From Candidatus Solibacter sp. (lineage in GTDB: Bacteria > Acidobacteriota > Terriglobia > Bryobacterales > Bryobacteraceae), in assembly GCA_025463045.1 (NCBI GenBank), contig JAOAPT010000050.1, positions 3,408-67,407 of the forward strand: DNA of 64,000 nucleotides. Direction: 5' to 3'. The notes under the pieces were generated by a model. The model was given only the letters and a program-made list of their open reading frames with translations, ran no database searches and was not told where the DNA came from. Made by a program: the position numbers and the translations under genes. This document shows positions 29,324 to 37,963 of the stretch, in pieces (the first letter of the stretch is position 1; each line of letters starts with the position of its first letter).

Positions 29324-29568
29324 GAGTTGCGCACGAGGGCCCAACGCGCGGCCCGTGGCTGGCGACCTGGCGAGCGCGGAACGGTCGCGAGGTTCGGCAG
29401 CGGGCGGTAAAAATGCACGATCGCTTTGCTCGCGCGTCAGGCTGCTCGGCGCGCTTGACGGACGCTCAGTGCTCCCCTGAAAATGACGTGCCTGAAAGCG
29501 ATCATGCATCCCTTGTCACGGCCCCGAACGGGGCCATGAAGAACTCCGTTGAAGAACTGAGCTCCTAA

Positions 29569-29650
29569 TCCGAGCCGCGACGGTTACGGAGCGGTGGTCA
29601 CCGAAGACGACCACCGCTCTCTAACGATCGCGGCTCCGATGGGGCTCGGT
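29569..29650. repeat. Palindromic dispersed repeat, copy 2
   Basis: GAGCCGCGACGGTTACGGAGCGGTGGTC (29572-29599), an 8-nt loop, and an imperfect right arm GACCACCGCTCTCTAACGATCGCGGCTC. Lies between convergent genes. Confidence 0.85.
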
Positions 29651-29758
29651 TCTGCGTTGGCGGGCCCGCAGGTTCGATGCTACGACAGGGGATGAAATTG
29701 CGTTCCTCGGCGGCAACCGCTTGCTGACGCGCGGCTTGGAGCGGGAACGCCGCCGGCG

Positions 29759-31375
29759 TTATCGCTGGAACCGCAAATGGCGGACGCGTCCGATGTTGAG
29801 CAAAAAGCCCGTAACGCGTCCCTGCGGATCGCGCTCGAATTCGAGGTGCGCTTCGCTGTTGTTGACCGGTGTGAGGAAGCCATCGGCCATGGTGGGCGCC
29901 AGCAGGGTGGGCTTATACTTCATGCGCTTCAGCCAGAGCTTGCCGTCGGTCACCTGAATCTGATAAGGGACGTCGAGCTCATCGCTGTGATAAGTGCCGG
30001 CGTATGCGGCGAGATCCTTCGGCTGTGCTTCGGCGCGGCGCTCGTACACCTCGGGGTGTGCGCCGGGGCGCGTTTCGGTGATGCGATCGCCGGCGAGCGC
30101 GACGGTGCCGCCGCTGCCGACGGGTGCGGCGATCTGCAATTTCGCGGGGCCGGCAACCGAGAGATTTTCCGTGCGCGGTCCGGGCGAATAGAGGAACAGG
30201 CGTCCATTGCGCTCCATGATGCGGCGGATGTCGCCGAGATCCTTGTTGTAGTACAGGCCGAGAGCGTCCTTGGGAACGGCGGCGCTGGTTGTGGTCGCGG
30301 GCGGCGCGGGCGTTTCGAGCGGTGTCATCTTGTCGCCGAGGTAGACGGCGGCGACCTGCTTGCTGAAGTCGCGCGGAATCAACTGGCCGAGATTGCAGAG
30401 GCACGCGATGGCAAGGTGCTCTTTCGGGAAGCGCATGTAGTCGGCCTTGTATCCCGCATCGGCGCCACCGTGGCCGATGGCGTCGAGGCCGCGGTACACG
30501 CCCGGCTGCAGGCCGAAGCCGTAGTCGATGGCGTCGCCGTTGTTGAGGTGGGCGCGTTCGGACATCTTGGCGAGCACCGTGCCCAGGATCTTTGGATGAT
30601 CGAAGTTCGCATCCCATTTGGCGAAGTCCTCGGCGGTGGTCAGCAGGCTGGTCGCGCCGGTGGTGTCGAAGTTGGGAATGCGCAGCTCGAAGCGGCCGGC
30701 ACCAACCCGTATGTAGCCGTAGGCCTGATTCTTCACGATCTCGGCGTGGTTGTCCCGGAAGAAGGTGTGGGTCATGCCGAGCGGGCCGAAGATGCGCTCC
30801 TGGGTAAACTCGCGCAGCGATTTCCCGCTGACGCGTTTGACGGTGAGCGCGAGCAGCGTGAAGCCGGAGTTCGAGTAAAGGTACTGTTCGCCGGGCGGAA
30901 AGTTGAGCGCCTTCTGCTTGGAGAGGATGTCGAGCACGTCCTGATCGGTGATCAGATCAAGGTTCAAGCGCCAGCTATTCATGCCGAGCATCGCCCACTG
31001 GTCGCGCATGCCGCTGGTATGGGTCAGGAGGTGCCGCAAGGTGATCTTCGCGCCGAAATTCGGGAGCTCGGGAATGTACTTGTGAACGTCGTCGTCGATC
31101 GAGAGCTTGCCGTCTTCGGCGAGCATCAGGATCGAGGCGGCGGTGAACTGCTTGGAGATCGAAGCGACGTGAAAGACGCTGCCGGCCGAGATGGGGATGT
31201 CGTGATCGAGATCGGCCATGCCGTAGCCGCGGCTGTAGATCACCTTGCCTTCGCGCATCACGGTGAGCGCGCAGCCCGGCGAATCCTTCTTATCGAGCGC
31301 GCTGAAGATCTTGTCGACCGCCGCGTTTTGGGCTGCGGCGCAACTTACTGACAGGAGAAAAAATAGGACTCGCAT
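29759..31375 (-). CDS. Beta-lactamase-fold serine hydrolase (class C/PBP4*-like), secreted
   Basis: Signal peptide MRVLFFLLSVSCAAAQ, SxxK motif (ASISKQF), and YSN motif (LYSNSG). An alternative ATG exists at 31402. Confidence 0.85.
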   Translation of the reverse strand: MRVLFFLLSVSCAAAQNAAVDKIFSALDKKDSPGCALTVMREGKVIYSRGYGMADLDHDIPISAGSVFHVASISKQFTAASILMLAEDGKLSIDDDVHKYIPELPNFGAKITLRHLLTHTSGMRDQWAMLGMNSWRLNLDLITDQDVLDILSKQKALNFPPGEQYLYSNSGFTLLALTVKRVSGKSLREFTQERIFGPLGMTHTFFRDNHAEIVKNQAYGYIRVGAGRFELRIPNFDTTGATSLLTTAEDFAKWDANFDHPKILGTVLAKMSERAHLNNGDAIDYGFGLQPGVYRGLDAIGHGGADAGYKADYMRFPKEHLAIACLCNLGQLIPRDFSKQVAAVYLGDKMTPLETPAPPATTTSAAVPKDALGLYYNKDLGDIRRIMERNGRLFLYSPGPRTENLSVAGPAKLQIAAPVGSGGTVALAGDRITETRPGAHPEVYERRAEAQPKDLAAYAGTYHSDELDVPYQIQVTDGKLWLKRMKYKPTLLAPTMADGFLTPVNNSEAHLEFERDPQGRVTGFLLNIGRVRHLRFQR

Positions 31376-31408
31376 TGCGGCACTCCTCCGAGGTATTATC
31401 ATCGCGCG

Positions 31409-32884
31409 ATGCGCGCATTTCTCCTATTCATTCTGACGACATTTCCAATCGGTGCAGCCGATATCGCGCCTCCGCCGGAGTTCGCGGGCGTGCGGCAGTT
31501 CATCGAACAGGGGATCACGCAGGGGCTTTCGCCCGCGGTCTCGATCGCGGTCATCCGCAACGGCGCTGTGGTCTGGTCGGAAGGTTTCGGGTATGCCGAT
31601 CTGGAAGCGCGCCGCCGCGCCACGGGCGACAGCATCTATTCGATGGCGTCGGTGTCGAAGCCTTTCACCGGTACGGCTCTGATGACGCAAGTACAGAAGG
31701 GCGCGATCGAGCTCGACCGCCCGGTGAACGATTACCTCCCGGGCGCGAAGTTCCGCAACTACGCGGGCGACGCGCGCGAGATCACGGTACGGCGCCTGGC
31801 GAATCACACGGCCGGCCTGCCGACGCATTTCAACTTCTTCCACGACGGCACGCCGGCGACCCCGGTGGACGAGATGGTTCGCCGCTATGGCTTTGCCTTC
31901 GTCAAGCCTGGCACACGCCAGGAATACAGCAATCTCGCGTTCGGCGTGCTCGCGTACATCACAGAGTTGGTGAGTAAAACGCCGCGGGGCGAGTACCTGG
32001 AGCACACGGTGTTCGACCCGCTGAAGATGACGCGCACCAGCGATCATGTGCGCGCCGGACGGGAGGGCGATGCCGCGATGCAATACGTGATGGACGCGGC
32101 GGGCCGCTTCCTGCGCACGCGCCCGTACGCCTTCGACCATCCGGGTGCGAGCGTCTACTGGAGTTCGGTGAACGATCTCGCGCGCTTCGTTCGTATGCAC
32201 TTGAATGACGGCGAACTGGATGGGGTGCGGATCCTGAAGCGCGAATCGGCGATTGCGATGCGGACTCCGGCGGGAACGGCGGTTGCGGCGGAAGGCTTTA
32301 ACGAAGGCTCGCTAGCGAACTCGCGGTTCGGTATCGGATGGGCGGTGGAGCGGTATCTGGGGCACGAGTCCTTCTGGCATAGCGGCGGAATGCCAGGCGT
32401 GTCGAACATGGTGCGCGTGTTTCCGGAAAATCAATCGGCGGTGATCGTGTTGACGAATACCGACGACCGCACGATGGCGCGCGAGACGGCGCTGCGCGCG
32501 GCGCGGGTGCTGGTGGGCGAGGAGCAGACGCCCGTCGCAGTGCAAGTCGGGAGCGAGCCGGCGGGAGACTTCGCGGGAACGTGGACGGGAAGGATCGAGC
32601 ACTTCGACGGCGCGGTGCAGGCTCGCCTCACAGTTGGCGCGGACGGCAAGGTGGAACTGTCGATGGGAAATCGTCCCCCGATCGGGATGGAGGAAGTGGG
32701 GTTCGGGAAAGCATACTTCACGGGGACGGTGGAGGCGATGCTGCGGACGCGCGAGGACTTTCACGGGCTGGCACCGCTGCGGTTCCGGTTGTGGAGGGAA
32801 GGGAAGCGGATCACCGGCTACGCGATGTCGAACGTGAGCGGATATTTCGGGCTGTCGAGCTATGTGGAACTCGTGAGGAAGTAG
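31409..32884 (+). CDS. Beta-lactamase-fold serine hydrolase (paralog), secreted
   Basis: Signal-like N-terminus, SxxK (ASVSKPF), YSN (EYSNLAF), and HSGG. Confidence 0.85.
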   Translation: MRAFLLFILTTFPIGAADIAPPPEFAGVRQFIEQGITQGLSPAVSIAVIRNGAVVWSEGFGYADLEARRRATGDSIYSMASVSKPFTGTALMTQVQKGAIELDRPVNDYLPGAKFRNYAGDAREITVRRLANHTAGLPTHFNFFHDGTPATPVDEMVRRYGFAFVKPGTRQEYSNLAFGVLAYITELVSKTPRGEYLEHTVFDPLKMTRTSDHVRAGREGDAAMQYVMDAAGRFLRTRPYAFDHPGASVYWSSVNDLARFVRMHLNDGELDGVRILKRESAIAMRTPAGTAVAAEGFNEGSLANSRFGIGWAVERYLGHESFWHSGGMPGVSNMVRVFPENQSAVIVLTNTDDRTMARETALRAARVLVGEEQTPVAVQVGSEPAGDFAGTWTGRIEHFDGAVQARLTVGADGKVELSMGNRPPIGMEEVGFGKAYFTGTVEAMLRTREDFHGLAPLRFRLWREGKRITGYAMSNVSGYFGLSSYVELVRK

Positions 32885-32887
32885 TGC

Positions 32888-33811
32888 TCACTGCGGCGCG
32901 ACGAGGATTTGCAGGGCGCACGCGCGTTTGGCGAGGCGGACTTCGCGAGCGGCGGTGAGTTGGTGATTTTCCGTGGGGAACGACGGGGTGAAGGCGCTCA
33001 GGGTGTAGGGGCCGGCGGGGAGTCCGTCGAAGACGAAGCGGCCTTGCGCGTCGGCGGTGGCGTAGCGCGGAGTCGCGGTGGCTTTCAATTCGACGACGGC
33101 GCCGGGCACGGGTGACGAGATGTGCTCGGGATTGTGGGCCAGATCAAGTTCGCGTTGATAGAGCAGGTCGGTGGTAACGAAGCCTTCGATTCGGCCGGCG
33201 GAATCGCCGAAGTTCTTGAAGTAATAGAGATATGCGAGGTCTTCGCCGGCGTCGGAGAGACGGCGGGTGCGGGTGCAGGCGCCGGTTGTCATGACATCCG
33301 ACTCTTCGTCGCTATCGGCATACACGAGGTAGGTTTCGCCGATTTGAAAAGGGATGCCGCAATCGCCGAACGCTGTCCACACTTGCACCGTTTCGTCGTC
33401 GTCGAGTTCTTCGCCGTGGAAGACGGTCTTCACGCGCAGGCGGACGCGCTTGCCGTGATCGAGGATCCAATAGAAGATGTCGGCGAGTGCGGCGGTGGAG
33501 GTTGCGGCGGCCAGCCGCTTGCGGTGTTCCGCGGGCAGGTCGGGAAAGACCTTTAGATACGCGTCGCGGAGTTTGGTGAAGGCGGCGGGGGAGTGGTCGT
33601 TCTGCACGCGCGCGTATTCCTCATTGAGGGCGGTGAGAGCGGCACGCTGCGACGCATTCCAGGAATCGAGGAAGCTCGGCTCGATGGCCTCCACGGTGCC
33701 GATGAAGATGACGTCGGTGCTCGCGGCCTCATTGCAGGCGGACATCGAGAGCTGGCACTTGCAGGCAAGCGCGAGGCAGGGGAGAAGCAGGCAGAGAATG
33801 GCCGCGCGCAT
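32888..33811 (-). CDS. Secreted protein: TIMP/NTR-like N-terminal region plus a carboxypeptidase-regulatory-like (CarboxypepD_reg) C-terminal domain
   Basis: Signal peptide MRAAILCLLLPCLALA followed by CKC. C-terminal GAVVELKA...ADAQGRFVFDGLPAGPYTL is a CarboxypepD_reg pattern. The ATG at 33811 is the only Met after the overlap with the upstream OMP gene ends. Confidence 0.65.
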   Translation of the reverse strand: MRAAILCLLLPCLALACKCQLSMSACNEAASTDVIFIGTVEAIEPSFLDSWNASQRAALTALNEEYARVQNDHSPAAFTKLRDAYLKVFPDLPAEHRKRLAAATSTAALADIFYWILDHGKRVRLRVKTVFHGEELDDDETVQVWTAFGDCGIPFQIGETYLVYADSDEESDVMTTGACTRTRRLSDAGEDLAYLYYFKNFGDSAGRIEGFVTTDLLYQRELDLAHNPEHISSPVPGAVVELKATATPRYATADAQGRFVFDGLPAGPYTLSAFTPSFPTENHQLTAAREVRLAKRACALQILVAPQ

Positions 33812-33934
33812 GATGACATTCTCGCACTTGCGGGGAGGACGAAGAGTTCGCGCAAAGACACCAGGACAGGCACGCCAATCAAGAACTGGGATTCCTCGCA
33901 GAGCCGCAGAGAAAGACACGGGGAGAAAAGCGGG

Positions 33935-33974
33935 AAAACAAAAAAGGCCGCGAGCGCTGGTAAGCGTCGCGGCC
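33935..33974 (-). terminator. Intrinsic terminator after the OMP gene
   Basis: On the minus strand, GGCCGCGACGCTTACCAGCGCTCGCGGCC is followed by TTTTTTGTTTT. It begins 25 nt after the stop at 34000. Confidence 0.8.
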
Positions 33975-33999
33975 GGCACACAGGAGGATTTACAACCAA

Positions 34000-34638
34000 C
34001 TACATTTCGAAGCCGATGCCGACCATCGGAACCAGATCGTGCAGGAGCTTGCCGTATTTGGCGCCGGGGGGCGGCGTCAAAACCTGGGTCGGGAAGGCGG
34101 TGATGTAATCGCGGAATTCGGTGCGCAGGAAGGCCTTGCGGGAGAGGGCGATTTTCACGCCGACGCCGGCGTCGACCATGGGTTTCAGGGCCTGGGTCTT
34201 GGTGAAGTAGCCGAACTGGCTGAGCGGCTGATAGGCCGCTTCCTTGCCCGTGCCGCGGAAGACCTTCATGCCGCCGCCGACCGCGGCGAACAACTGGACC
34301 TTGCCGCCGTTGCGGGTGGTCTTGAAGATGACATCGTAACCAACCACGTGAGAAATGCCGCTGAACGATGCTTCGCTGCCGCCGCTCTTCAGGCTGAGGT
34401 TGCTCTGCAGATACGTGTAACGGAGCTCGCCGCCGATGTGTTTGTACTGGTTGAAGCCCACGTAGCCGCCGAACGCCGCGCCGGTTTGGAAACCGGCGGT
34501 CGCCGTGCCCACGCTGCTGCTCACCGGTACGGTATTGAGGAAGCCGCCGCCAGCCAGGCCGCCGAATTCCCACTGTTGTCCAAAGCCAGCCGCTGCGGTG
34601 GCGGCCAAAATCATGATGGATCGTCGAAGCGTTTTCAT
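34000..34638 (-). CDS. Outer-membrane beta-barrel protein (OmpA-like transmembrane / OmpW-like porin family)
   Basis: Signal peptide MKTLRRSIMILAATAAAGFG, then alternating-hydrophobicity strands rich in G/Y/F. AAGGAAGG Shine-Dalgarno. Lies 32 nt downstream of the propeller gene. Confidence 0.6.
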   Translation of the reverse strand: MKTLRRSIMILAATAAAGFGQQWEFGGLAGGGFLNTVPVSSSVGTATAGFQTGAAFGGYVGFNQYKHIGGELRYTYLQSNLSLKSGGSEASFSGISHVVGYDVIFKTTRNGGKVQLFAAVGGGMKVFRGTGKEAAYQPLSQFGYFTKTQALKPMVDAGVGVKIALSRKAFLRTEFRDYITAFPTQVLTPPPGAKYGKLLHDLVPMVGIGFEM

Positions 34639-34670
34639 ACCAGGTATCCTTCCTTGCTTGCCCTTGCTGC

Positions 34671-37600
34671 TTACTTCACGACGCGCACGGTGAGAGTCGT
34701 GGAACTGCCGCCCTGCGCGATGACGAGAGGCATCTCCAGACCCTGCGGCACCGATTTCGGCACAGTCGCATTGATCTGATAGAGGCCGATCGAGCCCGGC
34801 GCGAGACCTGCGTACTGCACATCGAGTCCGACGCCGGCGATGGTCACGCTGGGGGCGATGACGGCTCCGGCGAGCGGATCCGAGGGAGCCGGCAGACCGG
34901 AATCAATCGGCGGCGACGTGCGACCGAGGCCGGTGGCCCAGATCACGATGCTGTCGCCGGGATGCACCGGATTGGTGGGCGTGATCAACTCACCGTTATC
35001 GGCGCGAGTGATGGTGGCGAGGCCGGTGGCCGGTCCGGCAGTGCCGGTGCGGAAGATGCTCGGCGCGGCCGGCAGAATCGAGAAGTTGAAGTTGTCGCTG
35101 ATGCCGCCCGGGGTGCGGAGCGTCATCTGCGCGTTGCCGTCGACGTTGAACGGTAGCTGACCGTTGATCTGGCCGGAGCTGACGAACAAGACCGGGACCG
35201 GAACGCCGTTGACCGTGAGGCAGCTTTCGGCGAGCGCGGTGGGCAGCGGGATTTCTTTGGTAGCGAGATTGACCGGCGCCATCTGCTGTCCATAGACGCT
35301 GATCAGGCCGCCGGGCGCGACGGGCAACTTGCCATCGGCCGCGTTGACCACGGCGGAGATCTTGGGCGGCGCGACGGCGGCGTCGTAGTTCCACGGCAGA
35401 ACCGTGAAGCCGGAGACCGAGAGCGAGATGACCGCGCTGCGATCATAGAGCGGCGCCAGGGTGCGGACGAAATTCTGTCCGGTGCCCGTGCCCGAGCCGG
35501 CGCCGATCGTGCCCGCGGCAGCCGAGCCCGCGGCAGTCGAGCCGGTTGCTCCGCTGCTAAGACTGGGGAGCAGCGGGGCTTCGACAAGGCGCGTGGGCTT
35601 GCCGGTCACCGCACTCTGCGCCGGATCGATGCGCTCGATCACGCCGGGCGTGGAAGCGGAAGCGGTAGTGGTGCGAAAGCCGCCCTGATCGATGAAGGCG
35701 AAACCGGAAGGCGAGCCCGACGAGGTTTCGAGCACGCCGGCCGGAACCAGCGATGCGTTCAGCACATTGTTGCCGACTACGTACGAGTTGTAGCTGGAAG
35801 CCGCATACGACCCGCCGAGGGACTGAAAATCCTTGCGCGACACGGTGAACGTGTCGGCGTTAGCGTCATAAAGAAGCACGTTGCCGTCCGGCATGGCGGC
35901 CAGGATGGCGCCGCCGTTGGGAGCCGGGGCGAGCACGCCGGCGGGACTGACGCTGTTGTTGTAGATACCCAGGCTGGGCAGCATGATGGCGCGCCGCGCT
36001 GCGAAATCGATGCGGTCGATCACACCCGCTCCGCCGGTTGCGGCGTTGCGTACCAGGGCCAGCATCGTCTTGCCGCTTTCGGCGATCGAGCGCGGATAAT
36101 GGCCGTTGGGGAATTGAATCGGATCCTGCCGCTGGAGACTGTCGAGGTCGTAGACCCACGCCTGCTGGGCGTTGTCGTGGCCGATCAGGAGGTACTTGCG
36201 ATCGAAGGTGAACGCGAGCGAGGTCGGGGTAGCCGACGTCTTCAGGGAGGTGATCTGCGAGTAGTTGGAGCCGTCGAAGACCAGTACCTGGTCCGTATCC
36301 TGGGCGACGATGTAGAAGCGGTTGCGGATCGGATCGGCCAGCAGGTCGGTCAGCGCGCCGGGCACGTTGACGAAAGTGCCGCGCTGATCGGGATTGCGGT
36401 TATTGATCAGCAGGCGGACCGGCGGCGGGATATTGACCGCGCTCCCGGAGCGCAGCGTGAGCGCGACGGCGAGCGTGCCGTTCTGATTCTGGAAGACCGT
36501 GGGATCGACGCGTACCTGCACCTGCGCCGGAGTGATGCCGGAGGAGGGCGAAATGGTGACGCCCGCGGTGTTGGTGGAGAGTTGGAAGTCGGTGTTCCCG
36601 CCGCCCGGATCGGTGATGGTGACGGTCTGCGTGATCACGTTGCGATTACAGAATGTGCCGCGCGCCACGACGTCGCGGACCGAGGCGCTGAGGCGGTGCT
36701 GCTGGTTGAGTTTACCTACCGGAAAGATCATCACGCCGCTATCGGAGACGGTGTAGAGCATGTCCGACGCGTTGCTGAGAATGCTGCGTCCGGTGATGTT
36801 TTCGGGGATCGAGAAGGTTTCTCGGACCAACAAATTTTCGGCGTCGAGAATCGAAAGGAGCGGCGGGGCCGTGGTCGTCGTGCTGCCCGCGGCGACGGGG
36901 CTGGAGGCGGTGAGGATCTGCGCGTAAATGATGCCGGCGCGGGAATCGATCGCGTTTCCGCCGACCGTGGTGGAGCTGATCGAGTTCGGGAACTGCGCCA
37001 GATTGTCGGCGACCGCGTTGAGGCGATATTGGCCGATCATCGTCCAGCTTCCGTCGGCGGAGACGCTGACGCGGGCGAGCGGACGGGGCGAAGCGACGAC
37101 GCCGATGGCGTACAGATCGCCGCGGCGCGCATCGAAGCGGTAGATGGCCTGGGCGGAGCCGCTATCGGCGATGCCGTAGACGATGGTGCGATCCGGGTTG
37201 GTGGAGAGCGCAGCGGAGATGACCTGCGACGGGAAGGTGTCGAGATTCACGGGCAGCGTCTTGGCGAGAGCGGCGAAGGTCGCCAGGTTTTGCATTGCGC
37301 CGGAGATCGGATCGAAGAGCAGAATTCCAGTGGCGGTCACGATGAACGCGCGTCCATCGGCGATAAACGCGACGCCGAGAGGTGTATCCCCTGTGGAGAA
37401 AGTCTGTCGTGTATTGTCTACCAGGTTGATCAATGTGACTGCGTTCTTGGTTGAGTCGGACGGCGTGAAATTGCCGTAGTGCGCCACTAATAGAAACTTA
37501 GAATCCGGAGAGATAGACAACGCTCCGGGTTGCGGCGCGACATTCATCGAAGTACGGATCGAGTAATCCGCGGTGGACATTACTTCGATACGATTCGCCG

Positions 37601-37760
37601 TGAAGTTGGCTACGTAGAGTACGCCTCTCGATTCATCGAGGGCGATATCGGAAGCGTGGCCACCGATCGGAACCACAGTCCCGAAGTTGGCTGCAACGCA
37701 GAGCACGGGGCTCATGAGAGCAGCCAGTGCGATTATGGGCAAGCATCCGTTCCAGCGCAT
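34671..37760 (-). CDS. Large secreted YVTN-type beta-propeller repeat protein with C-terminal TIGR03437 (Solibacter C-terminal) domain
   Basis: Signal peptide plus propeller-like repeats (GVLYVANFTANRIEVMS, FLLVAHYGN, RFYIVAQDTDQVLVFD). The C-terminal ~220 aa carry APGGLISVYGQQM...VNGVPVPVLFVSSGQINGQLP...VIWATGLG...VQYAGLAPGSIGLYQINATVP. Confidence 0.85.
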   Translation of the reverse strand: MRWNGCLPIIALAALMSPVLCVAANFGTVVPIGGHASDIALDESRGVLYVANFTANRIEVMSTADYSIRTSMNVAPQPGALSISPDSKFLLVAHYGNFTPSDSTKNAVTLINLVDNTRQTFSTGDTPLGVAFIADGRAFIVTATGILLFDPISGAMQNLATFAALAKTLPVNLDTFPSQVISAALSTNPDRTIVYGIADSGSAQAIYRFDARRGDLYAIGVVASPRPLARVSVSADGSWTMIGQYRLNAVADNLAQFPNSISSTTVGGNAIDSRAGIIYAQILTASSPVAAGSTTTTAPPLLSILDAENLLVRETFSIPENITGRSILSNASDMLYTVSDSGVMIFPVGKLNQQHRLSASVRDVVARGTFCNRNVITQTVTITDPGGGNTDFQLSTNTAGVTISPSSGITPAQVQVRVDPTVFQNQNGTLAVALTLRSGSAVNIPPPVRLLINNRNPDQRGTFVNVPGALTDLLADPIRNRFYIVAQDTDQVLVFDGSNYSQITSLKTSATPTSLAFTFDRKYLLIGHDNAQQAWVYDLDSLQRQDPIQFPNGHYPRSIAESGKTMLALVRNAATGGAGVIDRIDFAARRAIMLPSLGIYNNSVSPAGVLAPAPNGGAILAAMPDGNVLLYDANADTFTVSRKDFQSLGGSYAASSYNSYVVGNNVLNASLVPAGVLETSSGSPSGFAFIDQGGFRTTTASASTPGVIERIDPAQSAVTGKPTRLVEAPLLPSLSSGATGSTAAGSAAAGTIGAGSGTGTGQNFVRTLAPLYDRSAVISLSVSGFTVLPWNYDAAVAPPKISAVVNAADGKLPVAPGGLISVYGQQMAPVNLATKEIPLPTALAESCLTVNGVPVPVLFVSSGQINGQLPFNVDGNAQMTLRTPGGISDNFNFSILPAAPSIFRTGTAGPATGLATITRADNGELITPTNPVHPGDSIVIWATGLGRTSPPIDSGLPAPSDPLAGAVIAPSVTIAGVGLDVQYAGLAPGSIGLYQINATVPKSVPQGLEMPLVIAQGGSSTTLTVRVVK

Positions 37761-37963
37761 ATAGAGGTTCTTCAGACCTTACGATTAGAGTCCCGCGCAG
37801 CCAGGGAATCAATGATCGAAATGGCTAGCAGCCGCCGCATTACCAAAGTTAGTCGTGTATTTCCGTGGGTTTACACGTATACTTCACGCGTGAATCGGTC
37901 CTCGGCGTGCGCTATGGTGCGGGCTGAAGGAGCGGGTCACAGCAGGAAGGTTCGGCTACGGGC

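Noticed and set aside
27773-29509. Very long ORFs antisense to or overlapping confident genes. Examples: 27773-29509 (578 aa), 112-1404, 2510-3769, 12754-13905, 15244-16128, 29777-31351, 36099-37454, 37988-39331, 47396-48967, 50241-51587, 51768-53234, 56056-57288.
   Set aside because: Their translations are R/G/A/P-rich low-complexity strings without motifs. Each lies opposite a gene with clear family signatures. Long stop-free antisense frames are expected at this GC content.
33812-34573. Upstream 254 codons of the 561-aa ORF 32888-34573.
   Set aside because: This part overlaps the OMP gene (34000-34638) in another frame and crosses a strong terminator. Its translation is R/P/G-rich. The signal peptide begins at the Met at 33811.
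37840-37880. Weak variant of the ECF-promoter motif (minus strand CGTGTAAACCC-N15-CTAACT) upstream of the propeller gene.
   Set aside because: It has a one-base insertion in the -35-like block and a poor -10-like block. That is not enough to claim. It could be revisited once a genome-wide motif model exists.
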